Below are positions 1 to 8,670 of a DNA stretch of 35,835 bases, piece after piece; the first letter of the stretch is position 1; the number at the start of each line of letters is the position of its first letter. The notes beneath the pieces are model-generated. The model made no database searches. It worked only from the letters and a program-made list of their open reading frames with translations, and was not told the origin of the DNA. The position numbers and the translations under genes were made by a program. This DNA is from Vulcanimicrobiota bacterium. Its GTDB lineage: Bacteria > Vulcanimicrobiota > Vulcanimicrobiia > Vulcanimicrobiales > Vulcanimicrobiaceae. The stretch covers positions 21,243 through 57,077 of the forward strand of contig PKZK01000187.1 in assembly GCA_003133025.1 (NCBI GenBank), given 5' to 3'.

Positions 1-214
1 CGTCCACGAAGGCCCGGCGCAGCAACTCCACGTCGGCTGCGGCTGCCGCCGCTTTCGACGAAACGTCGGCCAGCAAGAGACACGTCGAACCGTCGGGGCT
101 ATTCACCGTCTCGATCAGATCGCCGCCGCGCAAACGAACGTCGAGGGCGATTCGGGAAGTAATCGCCACATCGACGCCCACGGTGACGATCCTTGCGCTG
201 CGTAAGCTCAGCAT
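1..214 (-). CDS. PP2C/SpoIIE (RsbU-like) phosphatase domain protein, partial (3' end runs off the left edge)
   Basis: Not in the ORF track; translated by hand. AAGGAG RBS precedes ATG at 214: MLSLRSARIVTVGVDVAITSRIALDVRLRGGDLIETVNSPDGSTCLLLADVSSKAAAAAADVELLRRAFVD. GGD and ADVS(S)K match the PP2C GGD / DVSGKG motifs. Confidence 0.75.
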   Translation of the reverse strand, partial: MLSLRSARIVTVGVDVAITSRIALDVRLRGGDLIETVNSPDGSTCLLLADVSSKAAAAAADVELLRRAFVD

Positions 215-246
215 CGCGTCTCCTTCTTGGAACGGGCACCCGGGGA

Positions 247-699
247 CTACTGTAGCGTAGCGGCTCCGGGCCGCATAGAGACGATGTATTGCCCGGCTTC
301 CGACTCTTTTGCACGCGCTTTCCGTAATTCGGCTGCCCGTTCGTCGCGCATCTTCGCCCGGAAGCGACCCGGGCTCGTCCCGGCATGCCGCACGAACTGA
401 CGCGTGAAGTAGCATACGTCTTTGAAGCCTACCGCTTCGCACGCGCTCGCGACGTCGACGTCGGTTTCAGCGAAGAGTTGCTGCGCGGCGAGAATGCGCC
501 GCCTGATGATCCACGCGGTTATGGGCCTGCCGGTCGTGCGTGAAACGGTATGCGTCAGGTGGCATGGCGAGTATCCGAAGGTCTGCGCAACGTGGCGCAG
601 GCTGATCGGTTTTGCGTAATTCCTGTCGATATACTCGAGGATCCGGTCGGCAACCGGAATCTCGCGCTCGGGATGAGCGCGTGGCTGGGGCGCGATCAC
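247..699 (-). CDS. AraC/XylS-family HTH regulator (DNA-binding domain only)
   Basis: ILEYIDRNY..ISLRHVAQTFGYSPCHL and the signature EAVGFKDVCYFTRQFVRHAGTSPGRFR. Start moved to GTG at 699, which has GGAGG 9 nt upstream; the track ORF extends to 846. Confidence 0.85.
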   Translation of the reverse strand: MIAPQPRAHPEREIPVADRILEYIDRNYAKPISLRHVAQTFGYSPCHLTHTVSRTTGRPITAWIIRRRILAAQQLFAETDVDVASACEAVGFKDVCYFTRQFVRHAGTSPGRFRAKMRDERAAELRKARAKESEAGQYIVSMRPGAATLQ

Positions 700-1001
700 C
701 TTCGCTGACCTCCATGAGGCAGAAGCCCGGATGGTTTGCGTCGTTTGGTGCTGCCATCCTAATCCACGCGGGCGGCTCCAACCAGGCAACATCCGTACAG
801 TTGCCCGCACAGTTCGCGGCCCGGCCGCAGCCTCGCACACATCCATACAAGCGGTGACGACGCGAGGCGGCTATCATCGGGCTCATGTCGAGCGAAATAC
901 GCCGGCGCTCCGGCATGGGCCGCGGCTCATTCTGTGCCGCCGTGGCGGCGACGGCGGGCGCTCCCCTCGGTCTTCCCGGGCTTCCAGAAAGGTCGAATTC
1001 C

Positions 1002-2210
1002 ATGATCGACGTTGCCCAACAACCAAACACCTCGGCCTCGATTCGGCCGTTTCCCCCTGTGAACGTCCCGGAGGCCGAACTGGTCGAACTGCGCCGGCGG
1101 GTCGAGGCAACGCGCTGGCCCACCCGCGAACTGGTCCCGGACGACACCCAAGGCGTGCAGTTGGCCGTGACGCAAGCGCTGGCGCGCTATTGGGCGAGCG
1201 AGTACGATTGGCGCAAGTGCGAAGCGAAGCTCAATGCGATCCCACAATTCGTCACCGAGATCGACGGCCAAGATATCCACTTCATCCACGTCCGCTCGAA
1301 GCACGAACACGCGCTCCCGCTGATCGTGACCCACGGCTGGCCCGGCTCGATCATCGAGCAGTTGAAAATCATCGAGCCGCTGACGAATCCGACGGCGCAC
1401 GGTGCGAGCGCCGAAGATGCATTCCACCTCGTGATTCCGTCGATACCCGGCTACGGGTTTTCGCCCGAACCGAGCACCCTCGGCTGGGACCCGCAGCGTA
1501 TCGCCCGCGCCTGGATCGTGTTGATGGAGCGCCTCGGCTACGACAAGTTCGTCGCGCAGGGCGGCGATTGGGGCGCGAGCATTACCCAAGTGATGGCCTT
1601 GCAAGATCCCATCCGCGTGCTGGGCATCCACTCGAACATGCCGGGCACCGTGCCGGCGGCCATCTTGGCCCAGGCGACGGCGGGCGCACCGCCTCCGCCC
1701 GGCCTCGCCGGCGACGAACTCCACGCCTACGAGCAGTTGAGTGACTTCTACACCAAACATTTGGGTTACGCAACCGAGATGGCCAATCGCCCGCAGACGT
1801 TGTACGGCCTCAACGATTCACCGATCGCGCTGGCCGCCTGGATCCTCGACCACGACAAGGACAGCTACCAACTGATCGCGCCGGCCTTCAGCGGGAACCC
1901 CGGCGGCCTCACGCGCGACGACGTGCTCGATAACATCACGCTCTATTGGCTTACGAAGACGGGCGTTTCGTCGGGCCGGCTCTATTGGGAAAACAAGCTC
2001 GGCTTCTTCGACGTCAAGAACGTCAACGTGCTCGTCGGCGTCAGCGCGTTTCCGCACGAAATCTATACGGCGCCGCAGAGCTGGTCGGAACGGGCCTACC
2101 CCAAACTCGCCTACTACAAGAAGCACGACATCGGCGGACACTTTGCCGCCTGGGAACAGCCCCAACTCTTCTCCGAAGACGTGCGCGCCAGCTTCCGATC
2201 GCTCCGCTAG
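1002..2210 (+). CDS. Epoxide hydrolase (EHN N-terminal domain + alpha/beta hydrolase)
   Basis: IRPF..LRRRVEATRWP and YDWRKCEAKLN (EHN), HGWPGS oxyanion motif, QGGDWG nucleophile, GGHFAAWEQP catalytic His. ATG 1002 follows AGAAAGG; alternative start 885. Confidence 0.93.
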   Translation: MIDVAQQPNTSASIRPFPPVNVPEAELVELRRRVEATRWPTRELVPDDTQGVQLAVTQALARYWASEYDWRKCEAKLNAIPQFVTEIDGQDIHFIHVRSKHEHALPLIVTHGWPGSIIEQLKIIEPLTNPTAHGASAEDAFHLVIPSIPGYGFSPEPSTLGWDPQRIARAWIVLMERLGYDKFVAQGGDWGASITQVMALQDPIRVLGIHSNMPGTVPAAILAQATAGAPPPPGLAGDELHAYEQLSDFYTKHLGYATEMANRPQTLYGLNDSPIALAAWILDHDKDSYQLIAPAFSGNPGGLTRDDVLDNITLYWLTKTGVSSGRLYWENKLGFFDVKNVNVLVGVSAFPHEIYTAPQSWSERAYPKLAYYKKHDIGGHFAAWEQPQLFSEDVRASFRSLR

Positions 2211-2270
2211 AAGCCTGTAGGGCTTGGGCCATCGGCGCATTCGTGGCGTGTGCCTACGTCCCACAACCTC

Positions 2271-2951
2271 CTAGCGCTGCTCGCCTTCTTCCAGGTTCGC
2301 GAGGTGCTCGAGCAGTTCGAGCGCCTCGCGTTCTTCCGGTGAGAGCGCGGCGACCGCCTCGTCGTAGTCCAACTCGATAAAATCAGACGAGGCCTCGGGG
2401 TCGACGTCCGCCTCAACGGCAGGCGGCACCGGATCGGCCCGCTGCACCCGTGCGTCGGCGAGGTGAACCACGCGTATTTCGTCGCCGCTCTGCACCACGA
2501 GACTGCCTTCCTGCGCGAGCATCAACGCGCGCGCGTGAAACGGCTCCGTTCCCTCGATCGCAATATGGTACTGCGTGCCGGCAAGCTGGGCGCGTGCCTC
2601 CCACGCTCGCGCGACCGCGCTCGCGTCGGCGAGAAGGACGTTTCGCGCCTCGAACGCCGCGAGGATCGCATCGAGCGTGTGTTGACGCCGGCTCTCCTCA
2701 GCCGCGACCTCGAGCGCGATGTCGAGCGAGGCCCACGATCGTTCACCGTCGATGCGCGCGACGCACGTGATCTCGCCGCATCTGCAGCCTTCGATCAAGA
2801 TTGCGTTGGGCCACTCGAGCTGCACGCGGATTCCCGTCGCAGCCTCGATGCCCTCGGCCACGCCGAGCGCCGCCCAAAAGGGAACCACCCAGAGATCGAC
2901 GCTCGGTACCGCTTGCGGCAGCGTCGCGGTAAACTCCAGCCGAAACATCAT
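2271..2951 (-). CDS. Degenerate biotin-protein-ligase (BirA)-like protein with acidic C-terminal tail
   Basis: AALGVAEGIE..VQLEWPNAILIEGCRCGEI aligns to BirA LKWPNDI..GRKLxGIL. ARALMLAQEGSLVVQ resembles BPL_C. The N-terminal GRGRxG loop is absent. Start ATG at 2951 or 2948. Confidence 0.7.
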   Translation of the reverse strand: MMFRLEFTATLPQAVPSVDLWVVPFWAALGVAEGIEAATGIRVQLEWPNAILIEGCRCGEITCVARIDGERSWASLDIALEVAAEESRRQHTLDAILAAFEARNVLLADASAVARAWEARAQLAGTQYHIAIEGTEPFHARALMLAQEGSLVVQSGDEIRVVHLADARVQRADPVPPAVEADVDPEASSDFIELDYDEAVAALSPEEREALELLEHLANLEEGEQR

Positions 2952-3094
2952 TCGCAAGTGCCGCACCGCGCAAACGCATTCCCGCCTCGTCGACCCGGCG
3001 CACCTATTCGCCAAAACGTCCGGCGCGAGGTGTGTCGGCGCGGTCGACCGTCGCGCCTGAAGGCCCCGGCTGCGTGCTCGTCCCATTATAGTTC

Positions 3095-6000
3095 GTGGCC
3101 GGGCTAGCCCCAACCGGACTCTCGGTCCGGCTCTTCGGAAATCTCGGGCTGGAAGTCGACGGCCAACCGTTCGTCATGGCCACGCCACGGCAGACGCTGT
3201 CGCTCTTCGCGTACTTACTGCTGCATCGCGGCGCCGCCGTTTCGCGCGAGTTCCTCGCCTTCTTCATGTGGCCCGACGACGGCGAAGAATCCGCCCGGCG
3301 TAAATTGCGCGGGAATCTCTACGACCTCGCTCGCGTGCTGCCGCCCTCCCGCGGCGAGCGTTGGATTCTCGCCGACGGCGACAACGTCTCTTGGAACCCG
3401 GCGGCCTCGCTCCGGCTGGATGTCGACGAGTTCGAGGCCTGCTGCGCGGATCCCGAACGGCGCGAGACGGCCATCGAGCTCTACCGCGGCGAGTTGCTCA
3501 CCTCACTCTACGACGAATGGGTCTTTCCGCCGCGCGAGCGCTATCGCAATCTCTATCTCGCCACGCTCACCGAACTGATCTCCGCGGCGCGCCGGCGACG
3601 CGATTTCCCGAATGCGATCGCCTACGCGCAGCGCCTGCTCGGCGTCGACCCCTGGCGTGAAGACATCGTGCGCCGCCTCATGGCGGTGCGCCAGGAGTCG
3701 GGCGACCGCTCCGGTGCCCTCAACGAATACGCGCGCTTCGCCGAACGATTGCGCGCCGAACTCGACGTAGCGCCGATGCCCGAGACGCTCGCCTTGCGCG
3801 ACGCGTTGGCCCGCGATCTGCCGGTCGATACCGAACCCGCGCCGGCGCGCCTCGCCGTCGGGCCGCAGGCGCTCCCGAGGCCCTCACTGCCGTTTGTAGG
3901 GCGTGCCTCGGAACTGGAAATCCTCGACGAAGCCTGGAGTCGCGCCGCACAGGGCAAAGGCGGCATGGTCTTCATCGGCGGCGAGTCCGGAATCGGAAAG
4001 TCTCGTTTGGCGCTGGAGTTCGCGCACCGCGCCGACGAACTCGGTGGCCGCGTCATCTCCGGCACCACCGGCACGCCCGAAGCGATGCCCTACCAAGCCG
4101 TGGTCGAGGCCCTGCGCTCGGCGCTCCCGCTCGTCGCGTCGCTTCGCGTTCGCGACGCGTGGCTCGCCTCCGTGGCGACGCTCGTGCCCGAATTGCGCGC
4201 CCAATTGCCCACACTTCCCGAGCCGACCCGCATCGCGCCGGACGGCGAGCAGACGCGCCTCTTCGAGTCGCTCGCCGGAGTGCTGGCGGCGCTCGCCCAC
4301 GCGCGCCCGCTGCTTTTTGTGATCGAAGACGTTCAGTGGGCCGGCGACGCGACCGGCGCATTTCTCCGTTTCCTGGCCGGCCGCGTCGCAGCGATGCGCA
4401 TCTTGATCGTCGTCACCTATCGGGACGACGAACTGCCCCGCTTACATCCGGTGCAGCGCTTGCGCCGAGATGCAGTGGCCGCCGGCCAAGCCCGCAGCCT
4501 GACCCTGCGCACCTTACGCCTCGGCGACGTTGCGACGCTCGTCGGATCGCTCGCGGAATCGAGTGCGCTCGACGCGACTGTACTGCACGCATCGTCGGAT
4601 GGTAATCCGCTCTTCCTGAGCCAACTGCTCGAGAGCGGCGACGCCCAAAGCGGCATGGCGCAGACCGTGCACGAGCTGATCGCCCAGCGCCTCGCGCGCA
4701 TGACTCCGCAGACGCGAACGATCGCGGAAATAGCAGCGCTGGTCGGCACGCAATTCTCGATCGAGGTCGTGCGCAGGGTCAGCGGCTGGGACGTCGCCGC
4801 AGTCGACGCTGCGCTCGACGAGTTGATCGAACGTCGCGTCGTGCGCGAGGCGGGAGGCCGGGGCTTCTTCGACTATGCGTTCGCGCACCAACTCGTCAGA
4901 CAAACGATCGCGGAAGCGGCCGAGGAGGCACGCGCCGTGGCGCGCCACCGGCGCATCGCTCGAGCGCTCGACGAACTCTATCCCGAACGCGCGCCCGAAC
5001 TCGCGCCGCGCATCGCGCGCCACTACGATCTTGCCGGCGATGGAAACGCGGCCGCGCGGCATTATCTGGCAGCCGCGCGTCAAGCGCTCGCGATCGGCGC
5101 GCCCGACGAAGCGACCGCGCACGTGGCCAGAGGTGTGGAACTCGCCGTCGATTCCAGCGTGCTGCGAGACTTGCTCTTGGTCGGCGAAGCGGCGGCCGCG
5201 CGGCGCCTCGATGCCGGCGCGCGCCTTGCAGCCCTCGACCGGCTCGACGTGCTGACGGCGGAATCCGGCGACGACGAAGGGCGTCGCATCGCGTTGTTAC
5301 GCCGGGCGAACTTCGCCGCCGAACGCAAGGATCGCACCGCTGAGGCGACTGCCTTGGCCGAATTGCGGCGGCTGGTCGAGCCCGTCGGGGATCGAACCTG
5401 GCTCGGCCGCCTGCACGGCGCTGAGGCACTCCACTTGCTCGAAACCGACGACATCCTCGCGGCGCGGTCCCGCGCCGAATCGTCGCTGGCCGCGTTCGTC
5501 GAGAGCGGAGACCGGGTCGAGGAGGCCGAGGCCCGGCATCGGCTGGCGGAGATCGTGACCCTGCTCGGCGACGTCGACCGCGCCGAACGGCTCTTCGCCG
5601 AGACGCACATCGACGGCGAACGCAGCCACGATGCGGCGCTTTCGCTTCGCGCGCTCAAAGGTCTGCATCAAATCGCGTTCATTCGCGGCGACGCGCGGCG
5701 TTGCCGCGAGATATCTCAAGCCCAATTGGATCTGGGCTATGCGTCGGGCGACAGGCGTGCCGAAGCCGAGGGCCACATGAGCATGAGCAACGCGCTGAAC
5801 ATGCTGCAGATTCAACGCCGCGAGGCTCGCGCGCACCTCGAGGCCGCAACCAAGGCTTACGCCGACCTCGGCAGTCCCGTATACGTCGCGAATTCGTTGG
5901 TCATGACCGCGATCCACCTGTGCGCGAACGGCGCCGTTGTCGAAGCTCAGAGCTTTGCGCGGCGAGCGCTCGACATCTACGTGCTGCATACGCCGCCGGC

Positions 6001-6580
6001 GCGCTTGAAGATCACCGGCCTCTTAACGCTCGCGGTGACGACCCTCATCCGAGGCGACGGCGTGACCGCAACGCAGCATGCGAGCGAAGCGGTCGAAGTG
6101 GCCCGCTCGATGGGTTATCGTCTTCTCGAAGCGGCTGCAATCGGAAATCTCGCCGACGCGGAAGCCGTGGCCGGCGATTACTCCGCGGCGATCGGGCATG
6201 CGAAGGAGAGCATGGCGATCTGGGCCGGCTCGAGCGACAAAGACCAGGGCGGGACGGACGCGCACGTCGCGCTCTGGTCGGCAGCGCTGGGCGATCTCGA
6301 CGAAGCGCGCACCTACGCGTTCCGTGCACTCGAACGGCACGAACAATTCGGAGCATCTTCGCTCTGGCCGCAAGAATGCGAGTGGTGTCTGGCCCAAGCG
6401 TTCCGCGCCTGCGGCGAAGGCCAAATCGCAGCGGACGCGCTGGCTCGGGCGCATGCACTGATGCTCAAAGCCCTGGAGCAAATAGATCCTGAGGACAAAG
6501 CGGGCTTCCTCGAGTTGCCCTGGCACCGCGGCATCGTGACTGCCGTGGAGACGGACGTCTGGCCCGACCCGCCGCGCTAG
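3095..6580 (+). CDS. SARP/BTAD-domain regulator with AAA (STAND-type) ATPase and TPR-like C-terminus
   Basis: N-terminal wHTH (VRLFG..LFAYLLL..VSRE), BTAD (LYRGELL, DPWRE, GDRSGALNEY), Walker A GESGIGKS, Walker B FVIEDVQW, GNPLF motif, helical repeats; 1161 aa. Confidence 0.9.
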   Translation: MAGLAPTGLSVRLFGNLGLEVDGQPFVMATPRQTLSLFAYLLLHRGAAVSREFLAFFMWPDDGEESARRKLRGNLYDLARVLPPSRGERWILADGDNVSWNPAASLRLDVDEFEACCADPERRETAIELYRGELLTSLYDEWVFPPRERYRNLYLATLTELISAARRRRDFPNAIAYAQRLLGVDPWREDIVRRLMAVRQESGDRSGALNEYARFAERLRAELDVAPMPETLALRDALARDLPVDTEPAPARLAVGPQALPRPSLPFVGRASELEILDEAWSRAAQGKGGMVFIGGESGIGKSRLALEFAHRADELGGRVISGTTGTPEAMPYQAVVEALRSALPLVASLRVRDAWLASVATLVPELRAQLPTLPEPTRIAPDGEQTRLFESLAGVLAALAHARPLLFVIEDVQWAGDATGAFLRFLAGRVAAMRILIVVTYRDDELPRLHPVQRLRRDAVAAGQARSLTLRTLRLGDVATLVGSLAESSALDATVLHASSDGNPLFLSQLLESGDAQSGMAQTVHELIAQRLARMTPQTRTIAEIAALVGTQFSIEVVRRVSGWDVAAVDAALDELIERRVVREAGGRGFFDYAFAHQLVRQTIAEAAEEARAVARHRRIARALDELYPERAPELAPRIARHYDLAGDGNAAARHYLAAARQALAIGAPDEATAHVARGVELAVDSSVLRDLLLVGEAAAARRLDAGARLAALDRLDVLTAESGDDEGRRIALLRRANFAAERKDRTAEATALAELRRLVEPVGDRTWLGRLHGAEALHLLETDDILAARSRAESSLAAFVESGDRVEEAEARHRLAEIVTLLGDVDRAERLFAETHIDGERSHDAALSLRALKGLHQIAFIRGDARRCREISQAQLDLGYASGDRRAEAEGHMSMSNALNMLQIQRREARAHLEAATKAYADLGSPVYVANSLVMTAIHLCANGAVVEAQSFARRALDIYVLHTPPARLKITGLLTLAVTTLIRGDGVTATQHASEAVEVARSMGYRLLEAAAIGNLADAEAVAGDYSAAIGHAKESMAIWAGSSDKDQGGTDAHVALWSAALGDLDEARTYAFRALERHEQFGASSLWPQECEWCLAQAFRACGEGQIAADALARAHALMLKALEQIDPEDKAGFLELPWHRGIVTAVETDVWPDPPR

Positions 6581-6744
6581 CAGGGTCGCATTGCAGCCGC
6601 TCGATAATAACCGTATGACACCGGCCACCACCTCGCCGGCGTCGACATCGGAGTGACCGCCTGAACCGCTTAGTCCGCGCCTGCACTCGGAGCGTTTCGA
6701 AAATCTGGCCGATCGAGACCGCGGTCCAAAAGGTTTTCAAGCGT

Positions 6745-7560
6745 TTGCGCGCGGCGCGCGTCTTGAGCGAAGATATCGTGCCTTACGGTATTCACCACTT
6801 CGATCGCCGCGAATGGGTGCTCAAAGAGACCGGACGAGGCTATCGCATCTGGTGTTCGCTCGACGAACGCGCGATCTGCCGCCCGATTCTGGTCAATAGG
6901 TACGAGGAAGCCGAGACGAGATTCGTCGAGAAGTTGCTGCAGCCGGGCGACATCGTCGTCGATGCGGGCGCCAACGTCGGCTATTTCTCCCTGCTCTGCG
7001 CATCGCTCGTGGGTGAAGGCGGCCGGGTCGAAGCGTTCGAGCCCCTACCGTATCTGGCCGACGCATTGCAGGCGAGCGTCGACGAGAACGGGTTTCGGTC
7101 GCGCGTACGGATCTACAGGCTCGCTCTGGCCGACGTTGCCGGCAACACACTCATTCGCCATGCCCCGCGCACGGCGAATTTCGGCGGCGCTCACCTCGCG
7201 TTGCCCTCGCCGCTGCCGGAAGATCACGTCGACGAAGCGGTGCGCACCGTTCGCCTGGACGACATCTTCGCCGGCTCCAAATGCCGCTTTCTCAAACTCG
7301 ACGTTGAGGGCGCCGAGCCGCGCGTCATCCGAGGCGCAACTCGCCTCCTCGCGGACGCTCGTCCGGTCATCATGTCCGAACTGCACAACGGTCAACTCCG
7401 AGCGGTCAGCGGAACGGACGCGACAGCGTTTATTTCGCAGATGAACGCATTGCGCTACCGGTGCCGGTCGATCGACGAATCGGGCGAGCCGGGCGCGCCC
7501 ATCGACCGTTACGACCTGAGCGCTCCGCTCAATGTCGTTTTCGAGCCGACATCGGCGTAG
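6745..7560 (+). CDS. FkbM-family SAM-dependent methyltransferase
   Basis: VVDAGANVGYFS, VEAFEP, FLKLDVEGAE motifs. The frame is open upstream to a CTG at 6661 preceded by GGAG, so the true start may be earlier. Confidence 0.9.
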   Translation: MRAARVLSEDIVPYGIHHFDRREWVLKETGRGYRIWCSLDERAICRPILVNRYEEAETRFVEKLLQPGDIVVDAGANVGYFSLLCASLVGEGGRVEAFEPLPYLADALQASVDENGFRSRVRIYRLALADVAGNTLIRHAPRTANFGGAHLALPSPLPEDHVDEAVRTVRLDDIFAGSKCRFLKLDVEGAEPRVIRGATRLLADARPVIMSELHNGQLRAVSGTDATAFISQMNALRYRCRSIDESGEPGAPIDRYDLSAPLNVVFEPTSA

Positions 7561-7679
7561 CGTCTCCCGGGCGCCAAAGTCATCGGTATATCACGATACC
7601 GCCGCTGCAGTCGAGGTGCTACGGTGGTGACTCGTTTCAAAGTAGTCCCAATAAGCTCTTTATGTCGTGAGCCGGCGAC

Positions 7680-8300
7680 TCAAGGTAACGCAGTCTGGCG
7701 GAGCTCTGCTAGACGGATATCTCGGCGAACAAGCGATCCTGGTGATGCTGCCGACAGATCAACGCCAATCTGAGCAAACATGTTCGAGCGGACCTCTAAC
7801 ACGTAAGGTTGTCTCCGTAAGGGGATGTAGTATGCTCCGTCATCGACCTGCGGATCGTACGACCACGATCGGTCTACCACGACCGAGAGGCCAGGAAGCG
7901 GAAGCTCCCCGGCAAGCATAACGGTGGGAAGGTCCACTATACCCGGTAACCGCGACAGAACTAGGCCAATATGCCGCGAGTGTCCCGGCAACACCGCTAC
8001 CGGGACCTTCCCGCTGAAACAGTGCGTCGTCCGCACTGACGCAATCTGCCAGCCTGCGGGTTCCACCTTAATCTCGCCTTTGACTAGATTGTTTGGCAGA
8101 TCAGACCACACGGATGAGATCGGACTCAATCGCGTGTTTGGAGGCCCTAATTCTACTCTTGGTATCTCGGGACCATCTTCGGCGCACTTTGACACTACGA
8201 AGTAAATGGTCGATCCCCTTGGATCGCTAGGAGCCCCGGGAGCTATGCTGCCCGTGAGCACACTCGCAAGGGTAAACGCCAGGAGCATGATCATTCGCAT
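7680..8300 (-). CDS. Secreted hypothetical protein (beta-rich) in a lower-GC segment
   Basis: AGGAG RBS directly upstream; signal-peptide-like MRMIMLLAFTLASVLTG; many A/T-ending codons unlike its neighbours. Confidence 0.75.
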   Translation of the reverse strand: MRMIMLLAFTLASVLTGSIAPGAPSDPRGSTIYFVVSKCAEDGPEIPRVELGPPNTRLSPISSVWSDLPNNLVKGEIKVEPAGWQIASVRTTHCFSGKVPVAVLPGHSRHIGLVLSRLPGIVDLPTVMLAGELPLPGLSVVVDRSWSYDPQVDDGAYYIPLRRQPYVLEVRSNMFAQIGVDLSAASPGSLVRRDIRLAELRQTALP

Positions 8301-8670
8301 CGTCTCCTATCTTAGTGATCTGGTAGAGTTGCAGCCGTCCCTCAGTATTGGATGCAACGGCCAGGTTCTCCAGGTCCCCAGATTGGCGTGCATGCGTAAT
8401 CGTTTGGATAGTCCGTGAACGTCTCCTTGTCTATCCGTCGTTTGCGTCGCGCTGTTCAACATCGACGTGCCGAAGGATAGCGCGTTCGAAGACGCCCACG
8501 GCACGCCCGAGGAAACCAAGAACGCTCACGCACTCCTCAGCCGGAGCGAAGGCGACGCCACCCTGCACGCCGGCACCCCCGTCGCGGCCTGGCCCCCGGG
8601 CTTGCGCAGATGCGGCTCGCGGACGTACGCTGGTGGGAACACGTCTACGCGCTCGTCAGGAGTTGGCCCG

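Noticed and set aside
3095..7560. SARP + FkbM as a biosynthetic cluster, or the STAND protein as an Avs-type defence system
   Set aside because: No PKS/NRPS/RiPP genes nearby, and the N-terminus is a wHTH-BTAD rather than a nuclease, TIR or other effector.
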